Shown: positions 1 through 11,673, counted from the stretch's first letter. The stretch is DNA of 32,000 bases from Candidatus Saccharimonadota bacterium (GCF_004296515.1 NZ_AP018160.1:30001-62000); one strand, 5' to 3'. Numbers and translations are program-made. Notes: generated from the letters alone by a model not told the origin.

Positions 1-1747
<1,747 letters not shown>

Positions 1748-1947
1748 ATTTATCCTCAAATATTATTAAATAAATTTATTAATAAAATTATTTTAATATA
1801 AATATTATCATATTATTAAATAAATAATAATTAATAAAAATTTATATGAAATATATATAAAATACAAGTATAATATTAAATATTAGATTTTAATATATAT
1901 AATATATATTATATTATATTTTATAAAAAGTTATTTTAAAAATAGTT

Positions 1948-2020
1948 GCCCAAATAGCTCAGTTGGTAGAGCAATGGACTGAAGATCCATGTGTCGATGG
2001 TTCAATTCCATCTTTGGGCA
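1948..2020 (+). tRNA. tRNA-Phe (anticodon GAA), 73 nt, CCA not encoded
   Basis: Hand-folded cloverleaf. Acceptor GCCCAAA/TTTGGGC, D stem GCTC/GAGC, anticodon stem ATGGA/TCCAT with loop CTGAAGA, T stem GATGG/CCATC with loop TTCAATT, discriminator A. It closely resembles E. coli tRNA-Phe. Confidence 0.95.
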
Positions 2021-2057
2021 TAATTATTTTATAACATTAATATAAATTATTTATTTT

Positions 2058-3437
2058 ATGAAAAAAAACATTTCTAATTTTAAAAATTTTGAAAATATAA
2101 ATACAAAAGAATTAAAAATTTTACCTCATTCTATAGAATCAGAACAATCAGTTTTAGGAGGTTTAATGTTAAATAATAATAAATGGGACGAAATTATAGA
2201 ATATATAAATGAAAATGATTTTTTTAATAATAAAAATAAAATAATTTTTAATGAAATGAAATATTTAATAGATATAAAACAACCTATTGATTTAATAACA
2301 ATATCAGAATCATTAGAAAAAAAAAATTTATTAAATTTAATTGGAGGATTTTCTTATTTAGCAGAATTATCAAAAAATATACCTAGTATAAAAAATATAG
2401 TTTCATATTTAGAAATAATAAAAGAAAAATCAATAATAAGAGAAATTATATTAATTTCTTATGAAATAATAAATTTATGTTATAATCCTCAAAAAAAATA
2501 TAGTAAAGAAATATTAGATATAGTAGAATCAAAAATATTTAAATTATCTGAGAAAAGAAATATTAAATTTAATAATCCTAAGAATATATCATTAATATTA
2601 AATAATACTATAAATAAAATAAAAGAATATTCTAGTAATAATAATAAAATAACTGGAATATCTACAGGATATCATGATTTAGATGAAAAAACTTTAGGAT
2701 TTCAAAATTCAGACTTAATAATAATAGCTGCTAGACCATCAATGGGTAAAACAACATTTGCAATAAATTTATGTGAAAATATTATTTTAAATAATAATAA
2801 ACCAGTTTTAATATTCAGTTTAGAGATGTCAGAAGAACAAATAATAATGAAAATATTATCATCTATGTCTAGAATAAATCAAATTAATATTAGAACAGGA
2901 CAATTAAATATTGATAATTGGAATAAAATAAATAATATTGTTAATATTTTATTAAATAAAAAAAATTTATATATAGATGATTCATCAACAATTACACCCA
3001 CAGAATTAAAATCTAAATCTAGAAAAATATATAAAGAAAATGATGGATTAAGTTTAATAATGATAGATTATTTACAATTAATAAAAGTATCATCTTCATT
3101 TGAAAATAGAACTTTAGAAATAGCTGAAATATCTAGATCTTTAAAATCTTTAGCAAAAGAATTAAACATACCAATAATAGCATTATCACAACTTAATAGA
3201 AGTTTAGAACAAAGATACGATAAAAGACCTATAAATTCTGATTTAAGAGAATCTGGTTCTATAGAACAAGATGCAGATTTAATAATGTTTATATACAGAG
3301 ATGAAATTTACAATGAAAACAGTAATTTAAAAGGAATAGCAGAAATAATAATAAGTAAACAAAGAAATGGACCTATAGGTTCTATTAAATTATTGTTTAA
3401 TAGTAAAATTTCTAAATTTGATAACTATTATATTTAA
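2058..3437 (+). CDS. dnaB: Replicative DNA helicase DnaB
   Basis: 459-aa ORF. The N-terminal motif LPHSIESEQSVLGGLMLNN is present. So are Walker A AARPSMGKTTFAINL, Walker B LIMIDYLQLI, and the C-terminal motifs SQLNRSLEQRYDKRPINSDLRESGSIEQDADLIMFIYRDEIY and IISKQRNGPIG. Confidence 0.95.
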   Translation: MKKNISNFKNFENINTKELKILPHSIESEQSVLGGLMLNNNKWDEIIEYINENDFFNNKNKIIFNEMKYLIDIKQPIDLITISESLEKKNLLNLIGGFSYLAELSKNIPSIKNIVSYLEIIKEKSIIREIILISYEIINLCYNPQKKYSKEILDIVESKIFKLSEKRNIKFNNPKNISLILNNTINKIKEYSSNNNKITGISTGYHDLDEKTLGFQNSDLIIIAARPSMGKTTFAINLCENIILNNNKPVLIFSLEMSEEQIIMKILSSMSRINQINIRTGQLNIDNWNKINNIVNILLNKKNLYIDDSSTITPTELKSKSRKIYKENDGLSLIMIDYLQLIKVSSSFENRTLEIAEISRSLKSLAKELNIPIIALSQLNRSLEQRYDKRPINSDLRESGSIEQDADLIMFIYRDEIYNENSNLKGIAEIIISKQRNGPIGSIKLLFNSKISKFDNYYI

Positions 3438-3476
3438 TATTTATTAAATATTTTAAATCTATATAAATAATTATTT

Positions 3477-3517
3477 AATTAAATTTATATATAATAATAT
3501 ATAATATAAATTTAATT
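3477..3517. repeat. Perfect 14-bp A/T-only inverted repeat (AATTAAATTTATAT / ATATAAATTTAATT) with a 13-nt spacer, between dnaB and the MarR-family gene
   Basis: Checked base by base. Arm 3477-3490 is the exact reverse complement of arm 3504-3517. The repeat lies 39 nt after the dnaB stop and 27 nt before the MarR-family ATG. It could be a dnaB terminator-like hairpin or an operator. In pure A/T sequence a chance occurrence is not negligible. Confidence 0.3.
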
Positions 3518-3544
3518 TAAAACTTTAATAAAAAAAATATAATT

Positions 3545-3964
3545 ATGGAAAAAATAATAGATATATTAAATATAGTTGATTCTATATCTAGAATATATAA
3601 TAAAACAAAAAAAGAAATAAACAAAAAATTAATATATGAAGGATTATCTATATCAAAAATGAAAATATTAAAATTAATAAACAATAAAAAGATAAGTGCT
3701 ACAGACATAAAAAATTATATGGGATTTTCATCAAGAACTATAGTTACAGTTTTAGATTCTTTAGAAAGAGATGGTTTATTAAATAGAAAACAAAGTAATC
3801 AGGATAGAAGAATTAAATATGTATGTATTACTGATAAGGGAATAGTAAAATTAAAAATAGCTGAAGAAAAAAATAAATCTATTTTAAATGAATTGTTTTC
3901 TTCTTTTAGTAATAATGAGTTAGAAAAATTTAGTGAAATATGTAGTTATATAGAAAAAAAATAA
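3545..3964 (+). CDS. MarR-family winged helix-turn-helix transcriptional regulator, 139 aa
   Basis: The pattern LSISKMKILKLINNKKISATDIKNYMGFSSRTIVTVLDSLERDGLLNRKQSNQDRRIKYVCITDKG matches the MarR family layout: helix-turn-helix, then the DRR...(L/I)T..G wing, at the expected position in a protein of about 140 aa. I cannot assign it to a named orthologue such as slyA, marR or emrR by eye. Confidence 0.8.
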   Translation: MEKIIDILNIVDSISRIYNKTKKEINKKLIYEGLSISKMKILKLINNKKISATDIKNYMGFSSRTIVTVLDSLERDGLLNRKQSNQDRRIKYVCITDKGIVKLKIAEEKNKSILNELFSSFSNNELEKFSEICSYIEKK

Positions 3965-4000
3965 ATATATTAATTTATAATTTTTAACATGACTTAACTT

Positions 4001-5458
4001 ATGAATGAATCTATTATTATAAATAATATAAAAATAATTAAACTTATTAATAATAAAATTATTAATTTATTAAATTATATATATAATAAATATAAAATAA
4101 AATCATATGTTATATCATTTAGTGGTGGTATAGATTCTACTGTTTTATTGAATATAATGAAAAATATAATTAATAAAATAGATTTTAAAATAAATATAAG
4201 AGCTATACATATAAATCATAATTTAAGTATTAAATCTAATGATTGGGAAAAACATTGTATAAAAGAATGTAATAAAATAAATATAAAATTAATAGTAAGA
4301 AAAATAAAAATAAGTAGCAATTATATTAAAAAATATGGAATTGAATGCTCTGCTAGAAAATTAAGATTTAATGAAATTAATAGTATTCTAAATAAAAATG
4401 AAATTGTTATGATTGCTCATAATAAAAATGATAATTTAGAAACATTATTTTTATCTTTAAAAAGAAATTTTTTAGGATCAATAAAATTTTATAATAATGT
4501 ATATGGAATGAAAATATTAAGACCATTATTAAATTATTCTCGTAAATATATAATAATTTATGCTAAATATTTTAATTTAAATTGGATAGAAGATGATACA
4601 AATAATAATTTAAAAATTGATAGAAATTTTATAAGAAAAATAATAATATCAAAGTTAGAAGAAAGATGGCCTAATTTTATTGAATCGTCTAGTAAAGCTA
4701 TAAAAACTTTAAATAAAAAAAATAATATTATAAATTATTTTATAAATAAAAATATAGATAAAAATATAAATTCAGATTTGTCTTTAAACATAAATAATTT
4801 ATTTAAAGAAGATGAATTTTATATATTTAATATTATAAAAAATTGGATTAAAAAAAATAATATTAAAATTCCATCATTTAATATAATAAAAAAAATATCT
4901 AATGAAATTAAATATAAAAAATTAAATTATATAAATATAAATATATATAATTCTATTTATATAAGAAAATATAAAAATAACTTATTTTGTATAAAAGATA
5001 AATATATAATAAATTCATATATAAAAGTATGGGAAAATTTATTAAATAAATTTTATCTTCCTTATGAATTAGGAATATTAATAATAAATAATATAAATAA
5101 ATATGATTATTTAATTAAAAATAATAAATACATAATTCATAATATAAGAAAAAACAACGAAAATGAAGTAATTTCAATAAGAATAAATACTTTATCAAAA
5201 AATACAAAAATAAAATTTAAAAACTGCAAAAATAATAAATGTTTAAAAAATATATTTCAAAATAATAATATTCCATTTTGGAATAGAAATAAAATCCCCA
5301 TGTTATTTTATAATAATAAATTAATATGTTTAATAGGAATTGATGTTACAGAAGAAGGATTTCCAAGTAATAATAATAATATTTCTTTAATTTATAAAAT
5401 AGGTTTGAATGGATTTGAACCATTGACCTCACCCTTATCAGGGGTGTGCTCTTCCTAA
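4001..5458 (+). CDS. tilS: tRNA(Ile)-lysidine synthase TilS, 485 aa as annotated; the last ~59 nt are antisense to tRNA-Ile
   Basis: PP-loop motif VISFSGGIDSTVLLNIM. Also AHNKNDNLETLFLSLKR, WIEDDTNNNLKIDRNFIR and the C-terminal block NIPFWNRNKIPMLFYNNKLICLIGIDVTEEG, all colinear with E. coli TilS. There is no in-frame stop until the TAA at 5456-5458, inside the tRNA-Ile gene. Confidence 0.9.
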   Translation: MNESIIINNIKIIKLINNKIINLLNYIYNKYKIKSYVISFSGGIDSTVLLNIMKNIINKIDFKINIRAIHINHNLSIKSNDWEKHCIKECNKINIKLIVRKIKISSNYIKKYGIECSARKLRFNEINSILNKNEIVMIAHNKNDNLETLFLSLKRNFLGSIKFYNNVYGMKILRPLLNYSRKYIIIYAKYFNLNWIEDDTNNNLKIDRNFIRKIIISKLEERWPNFIESSSKAIKTLNKKNNIINYFINKNIDKNINSDLSLNINNLFKEDEFYIFNIIKNWIKKNNIKIPSFNIIKKISNEIKYKKLNYININIYNSIYIRKYKNNLFCIKDKYIINSYIKVWENLLNKFYLPYELGILIINNINKYDYLIKNNKYIIHNIRKNNENEVISIRINTLSKNTKIKFKNCKNNKCLKNIFQNNNIPFWNRNKIPMLFYNNKLICLIGIDVTEEGFPSNNNNISLIYKIGLNGFEPLTSPLSGVCSS

Positions 5459-5473
5459 CTGAGCTACAAACCT
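5400..5473 (-). tRNA. tRNA-Ile (anticodon GAU), 74 nt, CCA not encoded
   Basis: The reverse complement reads AGGTTTGTAGCTCAGTTAGGAAGAGCACACCCCTGATAAGGGTGAGGTCAATGGTTCAAATCCATTCAAACCTA. Acceptor AGGTTTG/CAAACCT, anticodon stem CACCC/GGGTG with loop CTGATAA, T stem AATGG/CCATT. It lies 44 nt downstream of the 16S 3' end, the usual rRNA-spacer position for tRNA-Ile. Confidence 0.95.
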
Positions 5474-5517
5474 AATTTTTTATATATTTAATCAATTAAT
5501 TTCACACCTTTTTATAA

Positions 5518-7075
<1,558 letters not shown>

Positions 7076-7242
7076 AAATAAATATTAAAAATTTTAAAAA
7101 AAAAAAATAATAATATTTATTCTTTATATTAAATTAATTAAATTAAATATAAAATACATAGAAATTAGTATATACTATTTAATTAAAAAAATGAATTAAT
7201 TATATTAAATTAAATAATATATTAATAATTTATTAAAATAAA

Positions 7243-9183
7243 ATGAATAATAATTTTCTAAAATTTCTTAATGAGAATCAAAAAAAAGCAGTTTGTTCAA
7301 ATTCAAAAAATATATTAGTATTAGCTGGTGCAGGTAGTGGTAAAACAATGGTTATTATTTATAGAATAATATGGTTCATTTTAAATAAAAATATAAATCC
7401 TAATTCTATATTAACAATAACATTTACAAATAAAGCTTCAGATGAAATAAATAATAGAATAAAAAAATTTACTAATAACAATTCTATAAATAGTGGAACA
7501 TTTCATAGTATTTCATATAAAATATTAAAAATATATCATAAATATGCTAATTTATCTAATGACTTTCAAATAATAAATAATTATGATCAATTAAAAATAA
7601 TAAAAAATATTATTAGTTTATTAAAATTGAATGAAAAAAATTATAATTGTTCTTATATTTTAAAATATATAAATAGTAATAAAGAAAATATTATAAGAGA
7701 AAATAATATAATATGTAAAAATAATAATGACTATATTCTATTAGAAATATATAAAAAATATCAAAAATTATGTAATAAATTAAATTTAGTAGATTTTTCT
7801 GAATTATTAATAAGATCATATGAACTTTTATTAAATAATAAAGATATTTTAAATAAATGTATAAATAAATTTAATAATATATTAATAGATGAATTTCAAG
7901 ATATTAATAAAATTCAATATTTTTTGTCAAAAATTTTAATAAATAATGATATTTGTAATTCTTCTACAATAGTTGGAGATAATAATCAATCTATATATGG
8001 ATGGAGAGGATCTAATATAAATAATATGAATAATCTATTAAAAGATTTTTCAAATGTAGAAATTATATATTTAAATCAAAATTATAGATCTACTAAAAAT
8101 ATAATAAAAGTAGCTAATTCAATTATATCAAATAATAGTAGTAGTGTAATATATAATAAAAAATTATGGACAAATAATAATTATGGTAATTTAATAAATA
8201 TATATAAAGCAAATAATGAAATAGAAGAATCTAAATTTATATCTAATTTTATAAATAAAGATTTTAAATCTAATTTAGGTAATAAAAATTATGCTATTTT
8301 ATATAGAAATAATTATAAATCAAGAATAATAGAAGAATACTTAATTTATAATAATTTATCATATAAAATATATGGAGGATTAAAATTTTTAGATAGACAA
8401 GAGATAAAAAATTCTATTTCTTATATAAGATTGATTGACAATACAAATGATAATATAGCATATGAAAAAATTGTAAATTTTCCACCAAGAAGAATTGGTA
8501 ATAAAACTTTAGAATTAATAAAAAATGTATCTAAAGAAAATAATATTTCATATTGGGATTCTACAATTTATATCATAAATAATAATAAAAATTTTAAAAA
8601 AGTATGTATTAATTCGTTAATAAATTTTGTAAATTTGATTAAATTTATAAAAAAAGATATTATAGATTATGATTTACCAGATCAAATATATAAAATAATA
8701 AATTATTCAGGAATATATAATTTTTATAAACTTAATGAATATAATAATAATTTATTATTTAAAACAGATAATATAAATGAATTAATAAATTCATCTAAAC
8801 AATTTTTTGATAAAAACAAAAATTTTAATATAAAACCAAATATTAAAGAATTTTTATCACACTTATTATTAAAATTAGATTATATAGAAAATAATAATAA
8901 TAATAATATTCAACTTATGACAATACATTCATCTAAAGGTTTAGAATTTGATACTGTTTTTATATCAGGAATGGAAAACGGAATATTTCCATCACAAGAA
9001 TCATTAATAGATAATTTTATTTTAGAAGAAGAAAGAAGATTATTTTATGTTGCATTAACTAGAGCTATAAAAAATATAATAATAACATATTCAGAATATA
9101 AATATATATATGGTAAAGTTGTTTTTTTTGAACCATCAAAATTTTTAAAAGAAATACCAAATAAATTTATAAAAATCATTTAA
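7243..9183 (+). CDS. uvrD: DNA helicase II (UvrD), SF1 UvrD/Rep family, 646 aa
   Basis: All SF1 motifs are present: LAGAGSGKT, TFTNKA, DEFQD, VGDNNQSIYGWRG, QNYRS, MTIHSSKGLEF, EEERRLFYVALTRA. Diagnostic stretches such as IDEFQDINKIQY, YGWRG and IYGGLKFLDRQEIKNSISYIRLIDNTNDNIAYEKIVNFPPRRIGNKTL resemble E. coli UvrD more than Rep, from memory. Confidence 0.88.
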   Translation: MNNNFLKFLNENQKKAVCSNSKNILVLAGAGSGKTMVIIYRIIWFILNKNINPNSILTITFTNKASDEINNRIKKFTNNNSINSGTFHSISYKILKIYHKYANLSNDFQIINNYDQLKIIKNIISLLKLNEKNYNCSYILKYINSNKENIIRENNIICKNNNDYILLEIYKKYQKLCNKLNLVDFSELLIRSYELLLNNKDILNKCINKFNNILIDEFQDINKIQYFLSKILINNDICNSSTIVGDNNQSIYGWRGSNINNMNNLLKDFSNVEIIYLNQNYRSTKNIIKVANSIISNNSSSVIYNKKLWTNNNYGNLINIYKANNEIEESKFISNFINKDFKSNLGNKNYAILYRNNYKSRIIEEYLIYNNLSYKIYGGLKFLDRQEIKNSISYIRLIDNTNDNIAYEKIVNFPPRRIGNKTLELIKNVSKENNISYWDSTIYIINNNKNFKKVCINSLINFVNLIKFIKKDIIDYDLPDQIYKIINYSGIYNFYKLNEYNNNLLFKTDNINELINSSKQFFDKNKNFNIKPNIKEFLSHLLLKLDYIENNNNNNIQLMTIHSSKGLEFDTVFISGMENGIFPSQESLIDNFILEEERRLFYVALTRAIKNIIITYSEYKYIYGKVVFFEPSKFLKEIPNKFIKII

Positions 9184-9220
9184 TTTTATATTAAATAGTT
9201 ATTACATATTTAATATAAAA
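9184..9220 (+). terminator. A/T-only hairpin directly after the uvrD stop: perfect 14-bp inverted repeat TTTTATATTAAATA / TATTTAATATAAAA, 9-nt loop
   Basis: Checked base by base. Arm 9184-9197 is the exact reverse complement of arm 9207-9220, and the loop GTTATTACA is 9198-9206. The repeat starts at the first base after the TAA at 9181-9183. There are no G:C pairs and only a short TT follows, so a terminator function is speculative. Confidence 0.3.
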
Positions 9221-9254
9221 TTAAATTAAATAATTAAAATTTAAAGGTTTATAT

Positions 9255-10061
9255 ATGTATAAAGCAATAATTTCAGATTTAGATGGTACATTATTAAATT
9301 CTAATGGATTAATATCTGATTATACTAATAATATAATAAAATTATTAAATAATACTAATATTAAATTAATAATTGCTACTGGTAGACATTATATAGATGT
9401 ATCTAATTTAATTAATAAGAATAGTATTTCTGCATTTTATATAACAGCTAATGGATCTGTTATACATGATTATAATAATAATTTGATTTATTATGCTAAA
9501 TTAGATTCTAATGTATTATTAGAAATTATAAATAATATTTATTTAAATGATGATGAAATATATACTAATATATTTTGTAATGATATATGGATAACAAATC
9601 CTGAATCAAAATTAAATCGTTTTTATGTAAAAAAATACGATATTAACGATATTATAAAAAATAATTATATATTAAATAATTCATGTAAAATTCATTTTAA
9701 TAGTGATAATATAAATGCTTTATCAAATTTAAAAGAATTTTTAAATAAAAATTGGAAAGATTATATAGAAGTAAATTTTTCATTACCATTTTGTTTAGAA
9801 GTTAATCCTAAGAATGTTTCTAAAGGAAATACATTAAAGTTTTTATTAAACAAATTAAATATAGAATTAAATAATTGTATCTCATTTGGAGATGGTATGA
9901 ATGATTACGATATGTTATCTATTACAGGTAAATCATGTTTAATGAAAAATTCATCAAATGATCTTAAAAATAAATTATGTAATTTAGAAATTATAGATTC
10001 TAATGATAATGATGGTGTAGCAAAATATATAGAAAAAAATATTTTAAATATGATTAGTTAA
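9255..10061 (+). CDS. yigL: Cof-type HAD-IIB sugar-phosphate phosphatase (YigL-like), 268 aa
   Basis: HAD motif I is ISDLDGTLL and motif IV is FGDGMNDYDML. The Cof-type cap region includes IIATGRHYIDV, ITANGSVIHD and NFSLPFCLEVNPKNVSKG. It appears colinear with E. coli YigL as I recall it, and yigL lies near uvrD in E. coli. The orthologue assignment is tentative; the family assignment is firm. Confidence 0.75.
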   Translation: MYKAIISDLDGTLLNSNGLISDYTNNIIKLLNNTNIKLIIATGRHYIDVSNLINKNSISAFYITANGSVIHDYNNNLIYYAKLDSNVLLEIINNIYLNDDEIYTNIFCNDIWITNPESKLNRFYVKKYDINDIIKNNYILNNSCKIHFNSDNINALSNLKEFLNKNWKDYIEVNFSLPFCLEVNPKNVSKGNTLKFLLNKLNIELNNCISFGDGMNDYDMLSITGKSCLMKNSSNDLKNKLCNLEIIDSNDNDGVAKYIEKNILNMIS

Positions 10062-11673
10062 ATATTTTATTTACATAATTTATATTTATTTTTTTAAATT
10101 TTAAAATAAATTTATTTATTCTATGAAATGATTTAATTGGTTTATCTAAATTATATAAATTTAATTTTATTCCTAATAATTCTTCTGAGTAACTTGATAT
10201 TTTTGGTATTATTGGTTTTAAATAAGTAATTATTATTTTAAATAAATTTAATCCTGTTGAGCATATTATGTGAGATTTTTTTTTTTTATTAATAATAAAA
10301 TCCCATGGTTTATTATCTGATATATATTTATTAGCTAAATTAGATAGTTTAATTATATTATTTATTATTTTATTAAATTCAAATTTTTCATATAAATTAA
10401 ATATAATATTAGATTTACTTATAAAATAATTATATATATTATCATCTATTTTATTAGAAAGAACTGAATTAAAATTAGTTTCTAATATTTTAAAATTTCT
10501 AGAAGCAAGATTTAATATTTTGTTTATAATATCACTATTTATTTTATTTACAAAATTTGTAATATCAAAATTTATATCTTCTATATTATTAGATAATTTT
10601 GATGAAAAATAATATCTTAATAAATCAGAATCTAAATATTCTAGATATTTTTCTACTGATATAAAATTATTATTAGATTTAGACATTTTATTTCCATTAA
10701 TTTTTAAATGACCATGAACTATTATTTTATCTGGTTTTTTAAAATTTATTCCTTCTAATATAGAAGGCCATAATAATAAATGAAAATATATTATATCTTT
10801 TCCTATAAATTGATAAATTTTAGAATTTGAATTTATACTCCAATAATTTTCAATTATATTATTATTAAATTTATATAAGTTATTGAATGTACTTATATAT
10901 CCAACTAATGCATCTATCCATACATAAAAAAATTTATTATTATAATTAGGTATTTTAAATCCAAAATAAGGATAATCTCTTGATATATCCCACATATTTA
11001 ATCCTAAATCAATACAATTATGTATTTTATTTAATACTGATTTTTGTAAATTAATACTATTTATCCAAAATATTAAATTATTTTTAAATACAGGTAAATT
11101 AAAAAATAAGTGATTTGTTTCTTTTATTATTAAATTAGAATTAGATATTATAGATTTAGGATTTATTAAATCTATACAATTATATTTATATCCACAATAT
11201 TCACATAAATCTCCATATTGATTTTTTGTTAAACATTTAGGACAACTACCAATTATAAATCTATCAGGTAAAAATATTTTATTATTATCGTCAAATAATT
11301 GATTTATTTTTTTTTCAATTATTAGATTTTTATTTTTTAATATATTAAAAATGTTAGATATTACTCTCTTATTTTCTGAACTATGAGTTAAATAATAATT
11401 ATCATGATCTATAGAAAATTTTTTAAAATTATTTTTATGATTAAAATACATTTTTTTTATATAATATAATGTATTTATTTTTAATTTTTTTGATTTTAGC
11501 ATTATAGGGGTTCCATGAGAATCATCAGAACATATAAAATATATATTTTCCTTATTCATTTTTTTATATCTTACCCAAATATCAGCTTGTATATTTTCTA
11601 ATATATGTCCAAGATGTATAGGCCCATTAGAGTATGGAAAAGCAGATGTAACTAAAAATTTATTATTATTCAT
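10054..11673 (-). CDS. metG: Methionine--tRNA ligase, short form (540 aa), lacking the C-terminal tRNA-binding/dimerisation domain
   Basis: MNNNKFLVTSAFPYSNGPIHLGHILE carries the HIGH-type signature. The zinc knuckles CPKC...CEYC and the KMSKS motif are present. I place the start at the ATG at 11671-11673. The track's upstream extension (MDVGSNPTSSTTY) is the antisense-frame reading of the tmRNA 3' end and is not credible. Confidence 0.93.
   Translation of the reverse strand: MNNNKFLVTSAFPYSNGPIHLGHILENIQADIWVRYKKMNKENIYFICSDDSHGTPIMLKSKKLKINTLYYIKKMYFNHKNNFKKFSIDHDNYYLTHSSENKRVISNIFNILKNKNLIIEKKINQLFDDNNKIFLPDRFIIGSCPKCLTKNQYGDLCEYCGYKYNCIDLINPKSIISNSNLIIKETNHLFFNLPVFKNNLIFWINSINLQKSVLNKIHNCIDLGLNMWDISRDYPYFGFKIPNYNNKFFYVWIDALVGYISTFNNLYKFNNNIIENYWSINSNSKIYQFIGKDIIYFHLLLWPSILEGINFKKPDKIIVHGHLKINGNKMSKSNNNFISVEKYLEYLDSDLLRYYFSSKLSNNIEDINFDITNFVNKINSDIINKILNLASRNFKILETNFNSVLSNKIDDNIYNYFISKSNIIFNLYEKFEFNKIINNIIKLSNLANKYISDNKPWDFIINKKKKSHIICSTGLNLFKIIITYLKPIIPKISSYSEELLGIKLNLYNLDKPIKSFHRINKFILKFKKININYVNKIFN

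Noticed and set aside
1748-1759. Track start (TTG) giving a GroES N-terminal extension MRIN
   Set aside because: These bases contain the GAGGA Shine-Dalgarno for the ATG at 1747. E. coli GroES begins at the equivalent MNIRPL.
1844-1868. Possible sigma32 heat-shock promoter upstream of groES (minus strand CTTGTAT ... TTTCATAT)
   Set aside because: It matches only partly to CTTGAAA / CCCCATNT. The spacer is about 11 nt, shorter than the usual 13-17. In A/T-only sequence I cannot distinguish it from chance. It is not called as a feature.
1861-1920. AT/TA-rich quasi-repetitive stretch (atatatataatatatattatattatatt) considered as a tandem repeat or CRISPR-like array
   Set aside because: There is no defined unit or spacer structure. 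It is compositional low complexity, typical of every spacer in this window.
3517-3708. 63-aa minus-strand ORF
   Set aside because: It is antisense to the MarR-family gene. It is hydrophobic Ile/Phe-rich, as expected from reading A-rich coding sequence backwards, and has no start context.
7199-7204. TATAAT on the minus strand as a candidate rrs promoter -10 element
   Set aside because: TATAAT-like hexamers occur many times by chance in this A/T-only spacer, and there is no accompanying -35 element or UP-element evidence I can defend.
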